Positions 46,561 through 58,590 of a DNA stretch of 64,000 bases are shown piece by piece. The notes beneath the pieces are model-generated. The model saw only the letters and a list, made by a program, of their open reading frames with translations, did no database searches and was not told where the DNA came from. Position 1 is the first letter of the stretch. Each line of letters opens with the position of its first letter. The stretch is from Setoptus koraiensis (Eukaryota; Animalia; Arthropoda), in NCBI GenBank assembly GCA_048013815.1, contig CM106586.1:3410001-3474000 (forward strand), read 5' to 3'. The position numbers and the translations under genes were made by a program.

Positions 46561-46743
46561 GTGCCCAAAAATACAATGCAACAGGCGCTCATTGACAGCA
46601 GCAGCAGGGCAAAAGGTATTGCCAATTGCAGCCAGTAGGTGACCTAGAATTAGCGCTGTTGTGTTAAATTAGATTATTATTTGCGATAATGCTAATCATG
46701 GTGGCAATTAATGACGACATGAGCAGCACCAACGGACGCCTAC

Positions 46744-47136
46744 CTATGGAATGGATTGATGACTGATGATTGTTGGCATTATGCGGGCTTGTTGCGCCAG
46801 CCTGAGCTAGAGCCACTCTGTTGGTGCCCGGCAACCTGTTATTACTGTTTACTATTGCGTCATTATTGGCATGGTTGTTGTTGTTGTTGTTGTTGTTGTT
46901 TGTATTTGGCGAGTGTGCGGTTTGTGTGTTTGCCAATGGATGCGGATGATCCGCCGTTATGGACGACACAGCATGCTGATGTTGCTCATGGTGGTGACCG
47001 TTGCCGCTACTGACCGCGGGAAACAAAACCGCGCCCGCTCGCGGCATGCTCGAGCTGACGGGCCGGGCGGTGGTGCTGGTGGTGGTGGTGCTAGTTGTGC
47101 TTGTGGTGCTGGTTGTTGTGGGCGCGCGCGGTCTCT
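46744..47136 (-). CDS. Lectin/sushi receptor: mucin-like stalk exon
   Basis: TTGCAG acceptor in phase with the preceding exon, ERPRAPTTTSTTST..., and a G|GTAGGC donor. Confidence 0.7.
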
Positions 47137-47497
47137 CTGCAATTACATAACATTGTATATATAAATATGACGTGCATTCATGCCAGGCGATCAACAATTA
47201 ATTAATGAATAAAATAATTAATTAATTGATGCGACGCGCGCGTTTGTTTCATTCGGGCCGACGGGTAACGGGTTTGGGCAGGTAGCGGACAGACGAGAAC
47301 AGACAACGGTTAGTTTATCGGCGGCTCTATGAACATGCTGAGCGGCACGTGATGCGAGTGACTTGTGGTCACCATGGGAGATCGGGCGACACGATGGGAG
47401 TTGGGGGACACGGTGAGAGATCGGGGCACGATGGTCGGGGTGACCATGGGAGATATCAAATAACAACATGGGAGATATCAAATAACTAGTAACTTAC

Positions 47498-48457
47498 CCT
47501 TGCAGTAGGGCGACTGGTTGTCCCAGAAGCCGTTGAAGGAGCACACGAGCAGGCGCTCGCCCACCAACTCGTAGCCGGGCCGGCAGTCGAAGGTGGCCTG
47601 GGTGCCCGTTATAGTGACATTGGACGACACAGTGACGTAACCGTTCATGGGAGGCGACAGGCCCGGGCAAAGGCGCGGCTCGCAGCGGGGCGGCGGCCCG
47701 TTCCAGCGTTCGTCGTGGTCGCACATAAGCGACGATTTTCCATACAATATGTAACCATCGTTGCAAGCATAATTAACATAACTCTGATATATGGTTGTGC
47801 CATTAATAAGCTTATAATCGCCATTGGCTATCATGGCCGGATAAGCGCAATCGACATAGCGACATTTGGGCGCATATTCCGAAAAGAAACCCGAAGCGAG
47901 ACAAGTGCGCACTTGGGGCCCAATTAAATGATTGCCTGGGGCGCATTTGTATTCAATCACTGTGCCTATTTCAACGTTGCGCGTTATTAGCGTAGAATTG
48001 GTGGGCTTCTCTGGCTTGCCACAACTGAGGGGCCTGTATTGACAGATAAAATTGAGATTGAGATTGCAGTCTGTGTCGGACCACAGCCAGCCCTTGCTAC
48101 CATCGAAACGCGAACAATTGTGCTGACTGGCGGGCGTGTTCCAAAAGGATATTTGCACATCTTTGCCACTTATCCATTTCCAGTTTTGGCCGTTGCGTTG
48201 ATCGCGCACCGCGCCCAACCAATACTGGCCAGACAATTGATCCTGTCTGTGTCGCCGGTACAATTCCCAGCTTAGGAAACCCTGCAGAGCGGGCGATGTC
48301 TCGTCGACGAGGGTGCCGCCGCGCACCTCGCAATACCGCCGGGCACTGTCAAAGTTTAAATTTTGATTGTTGTGGAATAGGTAACATTTTCCGTTGTAGG
48401 TGGCCGTGGACCCGAGCGGCTGGTCCCGGAACGAGGGGCACTGCTCGATGGAGAGCG
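47498..48457 (-). CDS. Lectin/sushi receptor (furrowed/CG9095-type): C-type lectin domain plus three sushi/CCP domains
   Basis: CYLFH...FDSARRYCEVRGGTL...YWLGA...WKW...WSDTDCNLNLNFICQY (CTLD), then CGKPEKP...YKC..G...RTC...PKC, CAYP...YAC..GY...WNGPPPRC and CPGL...FDC..GYELVG...WDNQSPYC. GTAAGT donor. Confidence 0.92.
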
Positions 48458-48602
48458 CTGCGCGCGACGGGGGCGTCGTCAAGTTTGATAAGATTCGGAT
48501 TGTATTCAGATCAGATTCAGATTGGATTCAGGTTAGTTTGGGCTGGTTGCGTCATCGGTTTTGTATGAGGTGTGGGCCTCTAGTGGAGGCTCAATCGCTT
48601 AC

Positions 48603-48824
48603 CGTGGTCGGTGAATATGAACGTCTCGCAAATGCTCAGCGGCACCCCGTGCGGGTCCTCCAGGTGTATGGAGACGAAGGCGCCCGGCGCGGGCCGGGTG
48701 CAGGGCAGGAAGAGCGGCTTGCCCTCCTCGATGAATCCGTGGTACCTGTTGCACACGGTGTTTGAGCCGATGTCGGGCCGGTTGTTGCCGACGCGCACCG
48801 TTATGGTGGCCTTCTTCTTGTTGG
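48603..48824 (-). CDS. Lectin/sushi receptor: F-type lectin (FTP) domain, C-terminal half
   Basis: ATITVRVGNNRPDIGSNTVCN...LFLPC...GAFVSIHL...LSICETFIFTD, with phase-1 junctions on both sides. Confidence 0.85.
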
Positions 48825-48849
48825 CTGTTTGTTGTTATTCATTATGTTC

Positions 48850-48959
48850 ATTGCGCAATCAGATTCATTGTTGCGCCATCAGATTGATTATTGCGCCATC
48901 AGTTTCAGTATTGCGCAACCAGTTTCATTATTATGCAATCAATTTCATCATTGTGCAGC
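48850..48959. promoter_or_regulatory. 20-bp-period array of C/EBP-type sites
   Basis: ATTGCGCAAT, GTTGCGCCAT, ATTGCGCCAT, ATTGCGCAAC and ATTATGCAAT at 48850, 48870, 48890, 48910 and 48930. Confidence 0.45.
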
Positions 48960-49908
48960 GCAATTGGCAGCGGACAGTTTGTTGCGGCGGGCAGTTTGTT
49001 GCGGTTGGCCGCGTTTGTGGGCCGATCAGACCAAAACGATATCGTTATGATGAAAGAAAGAGGGCGATTAATTAGCATTTGCATAAACATTTGCCATGGG
49101 CTGCTTGTGGCGGCCGGAACCAGCCTAATGCTACGATCAGTATTAATAATAATAAATTTGCGACTCTCTCATCATTGTTACGTGACCGAACTAGGGCTAA
49201 TTGATTGCGCACAGTGCGATATTGTGATCATATTATGTTGTTGATTATAATAATCATTGTTACAGTATCATTGTTATATCATGCACTTAGCGGCGGACGT
49301 TGTTCAGTTATGCAACCATAGCGCAAACCATTATAACGTTTATTACGGTGCAATCATTATGCAATCATTGCCGGCTATCTGCGCGATCTGTGAGCAGTTG
49401 TTGTTGCATAAATCATTGGGCATTTTCGCAACTGCACATACGGACGACCGGATGACACACGCTAATTAATCATCACAATGCACCGATTTATAAATTAAAA
49501 TTGCCAGATATTTAGCCGCATCGCCATTGAATTGATCTGGCTAAATATGTAATGATAACGAGGCCATATATCACCCCAAACAAGCGCCATATATTGCCAT
49601 ATATATGTGTGATGTGTAACAAGATAAGCCGGATATGCGATGATTGCGATCTGGCGCTGGACAGAAGGCGCGCCTCGCGGATCGGTCACAATGCTCGCGG
49701 TTATGAGCGCCTATCGGCGCAGCCGCACTGCAAATTACTCCAATTTCGTCCGGCGGTGCAAGTTATCGGCGCGTCGGACACATGGGCGTGTCATCGTCGC
49801 AATTATCGGCGGTCGAAATCTTGCCGCGAGCGCCCGACAACGAGATACATCGGCGGCCACATACCCGAGCGGGTGATTACCCAGTCGGGATAACAAGTTG
49901 TTACTTAC

Positions 49909-50121
49909 CGCAACATCCGGTTCCAAAGTCAATGCGCACTATCTGCACCAGGTAGGGCTCCAACAGGTTGACGTACCACCACGGGCTGGCTTCGGCGTCG
50001 GTCATGGTGCATGTGGAGCTGGCGAAGTATTGCGACGTCTGGCCGTCGACGGCCTTCTGAGCGCTGCCCATGCCCGCCGTGGACGATTGCATGGCCGCCT
50101 TGCCGAGGCCCACATTGAGCA
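49909..50121 (-). CDS. Lectin/sushi receptor: F-type lectin (FTP) domain, N-terminal half
   Basis: LNVGLGKAAMQSST...AQKAVDG...CTMTDAEASPWWYVNL...VQIVRI, the typical FTP start, with a TAATCAG acceptor and GTAAGT donor. Upstream exons were not found in the window. Confidence 0.87.
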
Positions 50122-53100
50122 CTGATTAGGTTGTACGGTGCGGTGCGGTTTCATGGTGCGGTCCCGTTGTGTTGTTGCGGTCCGGTTGTGTTGTTGCGGT
50201 CCGGTTGCGGGCATCGGGTTCGGTGAATCCGTCGGCGGTGGGGTGCGCGGGGCATCGCGTCAGGTGAGGCAAAACAAACAATTGTGATTGTGATTAGTGG
50301 GCTGCAGTTGGGGCACAAAGTGAGTGAGTTGTGAGTCGGGCGACTGACCAGTCTGCTGTTCGTTCGTTAGCTGTTTATTTATCTATTTACTTGCGTGTCG
50401 CTCATTCGTTATCAGAGAATCGCCGACAATCCACGAATCTGCGACGATTCGCGGCTCGCCGACATACCGCGGGTCGCCTCGATTCCAGCAAGTGCAAGTC
50501 CGATGACGCAACCATCGGCAATTAGCTCGGCATCGCTCTCATTATCTGTCCGAATCGGTCGGCCAGTCACTCGGAGGAGTGTCGCGAGAGAGTGATTTGC
50601 GCCGCACCACAACAAATGCAAATCGCCAAATCGCCAAGCTCCCAGACTGCCGAACCATGTTCAATGCGGCCCGCCGTCCGTCGGCGGCCGACGGGATTGT
50701 GTGCGGCCGTCGCGTCGCGGAATTCGTACGACAACACGGCCGTTCGGGGGCGATTGTTTGCGCTGTCATGTTTGCATGTTTGCGTTGTTTAATTGCGCAT
50801 TTGGCAGCGCTTGTTTTGGCAGCTCTCAGGCGAACTTTGCAAACAACACACCGGCGTTACATAACTGCCTTTGTTGTTGTTGTCGTTGTTGCTGTCGTTG
50901 TTGCTGTCGTTGTTGCTGTTGTTGTTGTGCACCGTTATCAAGCCAGCGTTACGTAATCGCGTCACTCGAGCAGCAAGACAGGCCAAAACAAGAAAACAAG
51001 GGCTTGTTGAGAGAGTGCCACTTGACCAGTGGCGAGTGCTGCCAGCTCGCAAGCTGCACCGTCCCGGCCGGCGCCGACTGTGACCGCCGCAACAGGCTGG
51101 CCGGGCGACTATTTTGCGAGCATCTCGCGGGCATTTCGCCAGCGTTCTGCATGCGTTTTCCGAGCGTTTTCCGAGCGTTTTCCGAACATTTTTTCCAAAC
51201 ATTTTCCGACTATTTAGCGGACGGCAGGCAAGCATGCAAATCGAAGCCCGTCCCGCGACCGGCGCCACAGTTGCAGCGCGGCCAGTTCGCGACCGACAGA
51301 CTCCAAGTGCCGCAAACAAGCGCAACGACGACACCGACAACAAATCATCTAATCATGCCAGCTAAAATAATTATACCTACACACGGCCGAGTGACACAGG
51401 CACGGCCAGCGGTCAAGCCCGCCGCGGTGACCGCTGCAACCGGCGGCCGCAGCCGGTCTCCGCACACAAGCCCGTCTCCGCGCACAAGCCCGTCTCCGCG
51501 CACAAGCCCGTCTCCGCAGTGTGGCCAGCTGGCCAGCCTGAGAGTTGCGCCGAGACTCGCCACTCGAGGGGAGATGTTCGCACAAGATACTCGCAGCAGC
51601 GTCTCAGCGAGCGGTCGGTGCCGGCCAACGAGGCCACAGGCGACACACACTGGCCAGCGACGTCCGAGTGGCGCGTCTTCCGGGCATCGGGACGCTCGGG
51701 CGGGCGGACGCTCCGACGGCGGGACGTTCGGATATCGCCAATTTGGCATCGCAAATGCCGATCGGTCGGCAGCTGCGCGAGCCTGAATTGGTCGGGCCGG
51801 CCCGAGTAACGGCACTGGAGCTGCAAACACTGGCCGCACAATCGGCGCCTGTCGTCGGCGCGATAACGGCCAGTGGCGCAAGCGACCATAACGGCGGTGA
51901 CGGCCATGACGGCCATGACGGGACGGGCGCGTAATTGCGGGTTGCCGTCGGGTGTCACCCTGTCAATATGCATTGTGCGTTGGCATGTTTGCGCGGCTGT
52001 CCGCTGGGCGCTCTTGCCCGCGCTCGCTGCGTCGGGCGAGCTTGCGGCTCGCACACAAATCGCTTACCAATCGCAGCACTCGCCGGCATCGATCGCCGCC
52101 GTTACGTAATTCATCTTGGCCGGACGCAAGCTGTCAGGCGGCGCGCAATCACACATGATACGATGACGGTCGGTGTGCGATCAGCGCGGCGCGATCGTCG
52201 GCTCGCCGACCGGCAATCAGACAAGTCAGACATTTATCAAATATACAAAATGTTCGGGCTGCCAACGGGCGCCGACCGGCCACAGTTAGCGGTCGGCGAG
52301 CGCCGTCGCAGCGGCCGTCCGACAGCGTCCGGCACTGTCCGGCACTGTCCGGCAATGTCCGAGAATGTCCGAGCAAGCTGCGCCAGCGAAAACGGTGCCG
52401 ACGAGACCCGGCGACGGGAAGGCGCACGGCGAGGCCGGCAGCCGTTCGGTGACGGGCCAATTACACAAATATAATTATATAAATAAACTGAGCAAAGGTA
52501 AATAAAAGTATATATTGCCGCTGTCCCATATTCGCTGGCCGGCTCGGCACGGCTGCTGGATTGCGGACGCAAGTGGCCGCAAATTGGAACGCTTTTGCTT
52601 GCGTCGAATTCGCTTCGAATTCGCTTCGAATTTGCTTCGAATTCGCTTCGAATTTGCTTCGAATTCGCCTCGAATTTGGCAGAGTTTGCTTCGAGTTCGG
52701 CAGTTTGCTGCCGATTGCGATCGCTCCGGCGCCGATCGAACGCCGATCGATGGCCGCCCGAGGCGGCCCGTAGCTGACCCGTAGCATATGCTGCACGGCG
52801 CGGCGAGCCGCGCCGGTGCTTGCGAGCGAGGCGACCATTCACTCGCAATTGGCTATGCTGGCAAGCAGTCGCAAACTGGCGCCAACATCGAGTTTGAAGG
52901 TTCGACTCCTCTGGGCGCTGCCGCCGACCGGCCTGCTGTCGAGCGACCGGCCGACCGGCCGAGGGCGCCCGAGCGGGCTGTCCGCTGGGCCGCCGATTCA
53001 GGGTCAGCCGTGGGCGCCGCGCACAAGTGGCCCGGCGTGCCGTACCGTGGGCTGGCCGCTCCGTTATTCGGCCATCGTCACTCGTCACCGTCGTCCGCTC

Positions 53101-56100
53101 GTTGGCTCGTTGGCTCACACCGACCGACTGACCGCGCCAGGCGACGGGCCGAAGCGACCCACTGATTGCGCAAACAATATCTCGTATTACGCAATGGTTA
53201 TCAGCGCAAGCAAGCTTCGCGCTGGCCACTATGACGCCAGTATTGGGCAAGCGTTGCGCTGGCTAGTATGTGTTGGGCAAGTATTACGCAAGTGTCAGTT
53301 TCAGATTGCTCTGGCACAAGCGCCGTGTGATACAGGGACGAGCAGAGTTGCGCAATTATAATTAGAACACACACTAATAACAATAATAAAGATAATGTAT
53401 TACGTAACCGGCGTAACAGGTGAACATTGTTGTGCGATTGTGTGCGTGCGTTGCAAAAAATTGCAACACTCTTCTTGTTGCATCACTGACACTGACTGTC
53501 AGTGATGTGTGTGTGTGTGTGTGTGTGTGTGTGCCTTGTGGGGCGCACCCATTTGAAAGTTTCCCGCCGGAATGAACAAAACGCAACAACATGTTACATA
53601 ATGACGCCGTTATGTGCGCCGTTTGGTTGGGGGTGCGCCGGCGCGCATCCACTGTCGACTGATGCAATGCAAAACTGAACAATTGCGCTTGTTGCTCGAA
53701 TTTCGACGTTGGACTTTGTTGGAATTCTGGCGAATTCGAGCCAAGCGGTCACTTCGTCGAATGTTCGCTTGTCCGACGCACACTAAAAGGGCCAATGCGA
53801 GCAAACGAGACAGCGTCACAGACCCAGATTTTCTCAATGTGGCCTTTATCGGCCGGCCAGCATCTTATCTGCGCCCGTTCATCTCATCATCGTTTGGCCA
53901 AGACTTTGTGCGAATTGTAGACTCTCCAGACTGCGCACAATGCTTTTGCGCTGGCTTCCTGCCGCAAACATGCGCCACAACATTGCTGACATGAGTCGCG
54001 TTGCGTAACACGAATCCCGTTGCGCAACGCATGGCTGCTGTTACGTAACGGCAACTGGCCGCCGTAGCCGCTCAAAACGCTGAATGATTTGGCGAGCGCC
54101 CGAACTGCGATCAATATCCGCCGGGCACATCCGCCGGGCAGCGTGTCGGCCGGCCCGATAGTGAGCGAGGGCACTCTCACCACTGTGCTGTTGTTGTGCG
54201 CGCCGCGCGCGCTGACCACTGACAGGCGGCACAGACAGGTAACACAACAGGTAAATCTGAGTGATTGGCGCTCGATTATAAAGCGGATTATGCAACTGGA
54301 GTGGCTGCCAGTGATTTGTGTGGCGATCAACGGTGTGTGCGTCACTGTGCGAGTTGTGCGAATGTTTGTGTTGGACACAAGCGCACAAACATGAATGAAT
54401 GGACGCTCGACGAGCCTGGCTGCACATGGCGCGAAGGCTGCACATGGCGCGAAGGCTGCACAGAGCGCACAGCCTGCGCACAGGTGAGATAAGCCGTTCA
54501 TGGCGAGCTATATATAAACAGTATATATATAAACAGTATATGTATATAAACAGTAGCGGTCGGCCGGGCTCACGACTGGCGATAATGAGCCCGGCCGAGC
54601 GTTGGCAGTGTGCGAATCACAGTTACCTGTCAAGGTGAGCGCCAGGGATGAATCTTTTAATCAGCGAGCTACCTGTCGCTGGCGCCGCTGGTGTCGCTGG
54701 TGTGAGTCGTGCCCGACACTGTTCACAACAACAGTGACCGCTGAACAGCGACCGTTGAACAGCGACTCCATGATGTAATGTTCAACGGCGACTGTCGAGC
54801 AAATTCGAAGCTCACGACCGCTCCGAGCGAACGCAACACCGACAGTGGCCAGTGGCCAGTGGCAGCCGATGAGCTGCACAGCGGCAAGGTCAGCATTAAT
54901 TAGGCTACCATCGGCGCCAGTTGAGAATTGGCCGGCCAGATTAGAATTAGATAATGGTCGATAATTTGTTTTGTTTGCCCATGTTTGCCATACAATATTT
55001 GCCATTACAGTCTGGCAAACATTTGCAGCATTTGCCGATTTTATATGCTGCCAGTTATCTCTGCGTGTTGCATTTTTGCATTTTTGTATCTGGCAACGGG
55101 CCGGCCCGTCGCGACGGGCCGGCCGAGCCCGATCAGATAATGCTCGCTCGCTGCATAACACTGGCAGCAGCCACGCGGCTCGGCACACAAGCTCGCCAGT
55201 CACGACTTTGGCCGCTTCGTTGGCGTCTCCGTGTCAGCGCCACACCTGTTCGCCTGTTGCCGCCACTCACCTGGCGAGTTAGCTGGCTGGTTGGCCGGTC
55301 GGTTGGCCGGTCAGTTTGCCAGTTTGTCGAGCCGAGAGTCTCGTCGCCGGTCGGCCGGCCAGTTGACTGGCCGGTGCCGCCGATGCGCTGCAAGCAACAG
55401 GTCGCTATCCAATCAATAATTGGCGATTGAGGTGAGCACAACACGACCCATCGATGTGTCGATCAATTAACGCTTCGCTCAATGTCTCTCGCCTCGGAAT
55501 CGCCGGCCGCCAAATCTCGGGCCGGTCGCGGCACCTCCAACAATCGGCTCTGTTTGCGGCCGCTGGCTTGATGAATCTGGGCGCTCACATCATGATGGGC
55601 TCATGTGATTCATATGATACGAATGGAATTCACGCGATATCAATGAATTGGCATTCAATGAATTGGCCCATTCAAATTCAAGTTTATTTATTTGGCCATG
55701 CAAATCATGATCACGATGACGGCCACTGACGAGATGTTATCGCTATCTGTCGAGTTGAAACTTTCAGCAGGCCCAAAGCGCAAACTTCGGGCCGTCTCCG
55801 GGCCGCACACTTTCGAGCGGACGGTCCTGAACTTGGCAGCGACTCGATGCCGTCCACTGGCGGTCCCCTATTTATATCCGTTCATCTGGCCACATAAGTA
55901 GCGCTGCGAATGCAACCGATCTACTGGCTCGCCACTGGTGAGTGACCAGTGGCCAGCGGTGGCTCGATGCTGGATAGCGCAATTAGTTGTGTCCACTAAT
56001 GAGCGATCGGAGATCAGTTTCTCTCACAACTTTGTGCGCCTTTTTCCACTTGAGCATTGCGCAATCTGCAGCTCGCTTAACGGTCGTTTTAACGGGCTTT

Positions 56101-58590
56101 GCGAATGCAAGTGTCTCATTAAAATTTATTTTTTATTTTTATCCACGCCAGCACGCCGACATATACAAGTGTATAAGGCCAAAATAAGGCAGCTTGCGAT
56201 GGGCCACCCTTTGGCTCAATGCGCTCCGGCTGGCACTGTAATTAACTGCAATCAACTGTAATCAACTGTTGGCCGCGTCAATTAATTATTGCCAATTGTT
56301 GCTCGATTGTGTGCGCTCGATTCGAAGGAGTCACAAGTGCACAATCGAGCTAGAACTTGGGGCGTTCGCGAAATTGAAAATAACTTGCAAATAACTGTCT
56401 CGATACTTGATTGGACTGCCAGCAAGAGTGCGTTAGTTTGACGCTGGCAGCGCCATTAATCGGCATCAAGCGCCAACGGTGAGCTTGTGTTCGGAGCGAT
56501 CGTTCGAGTGGAGTCAACAAGTGGCTCAAATTGGGAATGAGAATGCCAATCAATTAACTCATGCGACACGCCGCGCTGCCGTGCTGCCGTGTGAGAATCA
56601 ATATGAGCTAACGGCTAACGGCGTGGATACTTTACTGGACTGTGGCCACTGTGTTATTTATCTGGTTCGCGAAGCCACCGATCGACGCGAAGCCACCGAT
56701 CGGCGAAACTCATCAGCGACAAGCAATTAAATGTGTGACTTTTATCAGGCGACAGATCAAACAAACCAGCCAGCGAGCTATTTTTGGATCGCGCTCGCCC
56801 TGTCAGCTCGCCCTGTCAGCTCGCCCTGTCAGCTCGCCTCGTCAGCTCGCCTCGTCAGCTCGCCTTGTCAGCTCGCCTGCCCCGTGAGCTCGCCGGGCCA
56901 ATCGGCCCTGATTGGCCGCACAACCCGGCCGTGCAACCCGGCCGCATGAGCTAGGTCGCCGAGTCGCGGTCGCCGAGTCGCGGTCGCCAAGTCGCGGAGT
57001 CTGCAAGCGCCGATGCGTCCGCGGGTCTGTGTGGCCCGTTGGCCGCTTCGTCGGTTCGTCGGTTCGACCGAGTCCGCCCGAGAGTCCGCTCGAGACTCTC
57101 GAGTTGAGAGTGTGTGTGAGCTGGACAGTGTGACCGAGTGTGCGCCAGCGGGACCGTTTACTGCCGGTGGCGAGCATTGATTGACCATGTTTAATTAAAC
57201 ATTTCGAGCGCTGCTCATTGTCCCCGTTGCCGTCGCCACAACACAGCAACGACATCAGCAACAGCAACATCATCAACATCAACATTGGCAACAACATCAA
57301 CGACAGCAACAGCAGCGACAACAGCAGCAACGGCAACCACAGCAACCTGTCCGACGCCGGCCCGATCGAGTGGCTGGCAGCGGCGCGCAGCCAATCAGCG
57401 AGCTGCCAGCAGACGGGAGGGGGGCAAAGTTTTTTTTTGTAATCCGTTGCGTAAATGCTGCTTGTTGTGTGCTCATCATTATCATTGACAGACCGACTGA
57501 TTTCTTCGCTCTCTCTCTAACAATCTCTGACGGTTCGAACGGCCAACGGCGGAGAATCTGGCAGTTCGAACGGCCAACGGCGAAGAATCTTGCGTCGCGA
57601 ACGGCGAGCGATGCCGAGCGATCTCGACCAGTCAGAGCGTGAGCGATGCGCAAGAAGAAAAAGTGGTCAGTTGGCAAGCGAGTGTGTTACATTGTTGTTG
57701 TCGCCCGGCCATGAGCTCAACGGTGTTCAAACACATAGATGCCATAGATCCATGAGCAGGCCACTGTGGCGCCGCATGCTCGCCCGACCGTTCGCCAGGT
57801 GAGCGGCCTACCTGTTTAGGTGCCCGTTAGTGCGCCACTCGCCCGGCCGACAGGTAAGCGTGGCGAGCGGCGAGCGGTGATCGCAAGTGCTGATGGCAGC
57901 GCCAGCGCCAAGCGTGGACCAGGCGATAACAATAATGAGCCAGCTAATAAAATGGCAACAACAATGGCGCCGCCAACTGACCCACTTGCCCGGCTCGCAC
58001 ACTCATGAGCGACATGAGCGAGTTTGCATTGCAACTGACCTATGGTCAGTTTGAGTGGCGTCGCAATGAGCGGCCGTCAATAGTGGCCACATTGACACTG
58101 ATTATTGGCGCTGCTGGCCGCTGCTGGCCATCACTCGATGAGCTGGCCATCACTCGTCGAGCTGGCCAAGCTCGCCGAGCTGGCCAACACTGGCAAACAA
58201 GTCGCAAACAAGTCGCCCATCATCACACTCAATCCACTCATAAGCTACACAGCTCACCTGTGCTGCCTAGCTCACCTGTGCTGTGTCTGGCAACGGGCAC
58301 AACAGTTTGCGAGCTGTCGTGCCCGCCGCTAACGGGCGATGCGATCGCCGGCGTGATTGCATCGGCGCCAATTTACAGTTAGTCAAACACTGGCAAGCTC
58401 ATTGCGCTGTTTGCCGACTGTTTGATTTGAGTGCTGCTTGGCCAACGGTGATGCCACCATTGTGATGGCACAATGGCACAAAATGGCACTTGCTCGGCAC
58501 CAAAACGCAGCAACATTTTGGAGAGTCGCTCCTTTTTGAGTGTCGCTGCTAATTAACTCTCGCTCCGTTGCAGTCCATCGGCCGGCCGGC

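Noticed and set aside
52604-52700. TTCGAA-rich array as a heat-shock element
   Set aside because: The period is 11 bp with GAA/TTC directly abutting. An HSE needs alternating nGAAn units with 2-nt spacing.
52895-52920. GGTTCGACTCC tRNA T-loop-like motif
   Set aside because: The T-stem is imperfect and no D-arm, anticodon arm or acceptor stem can be folded.
50701-53361. Long ORFs such as 50701-51786 and 52237-53250
   Set aside because: Arg/Ala/Pro-rich, open in several frames on both strands, and built from microsatellites and GC-rich repeats, with no domain motifs.
53610-53837. Signal-peptide-like ORF as the missing first exon of the receptor
   Set aside because: It starts at TTG with an in-frame stop upstream and no ATG. 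No sushi exon could be linked to it.
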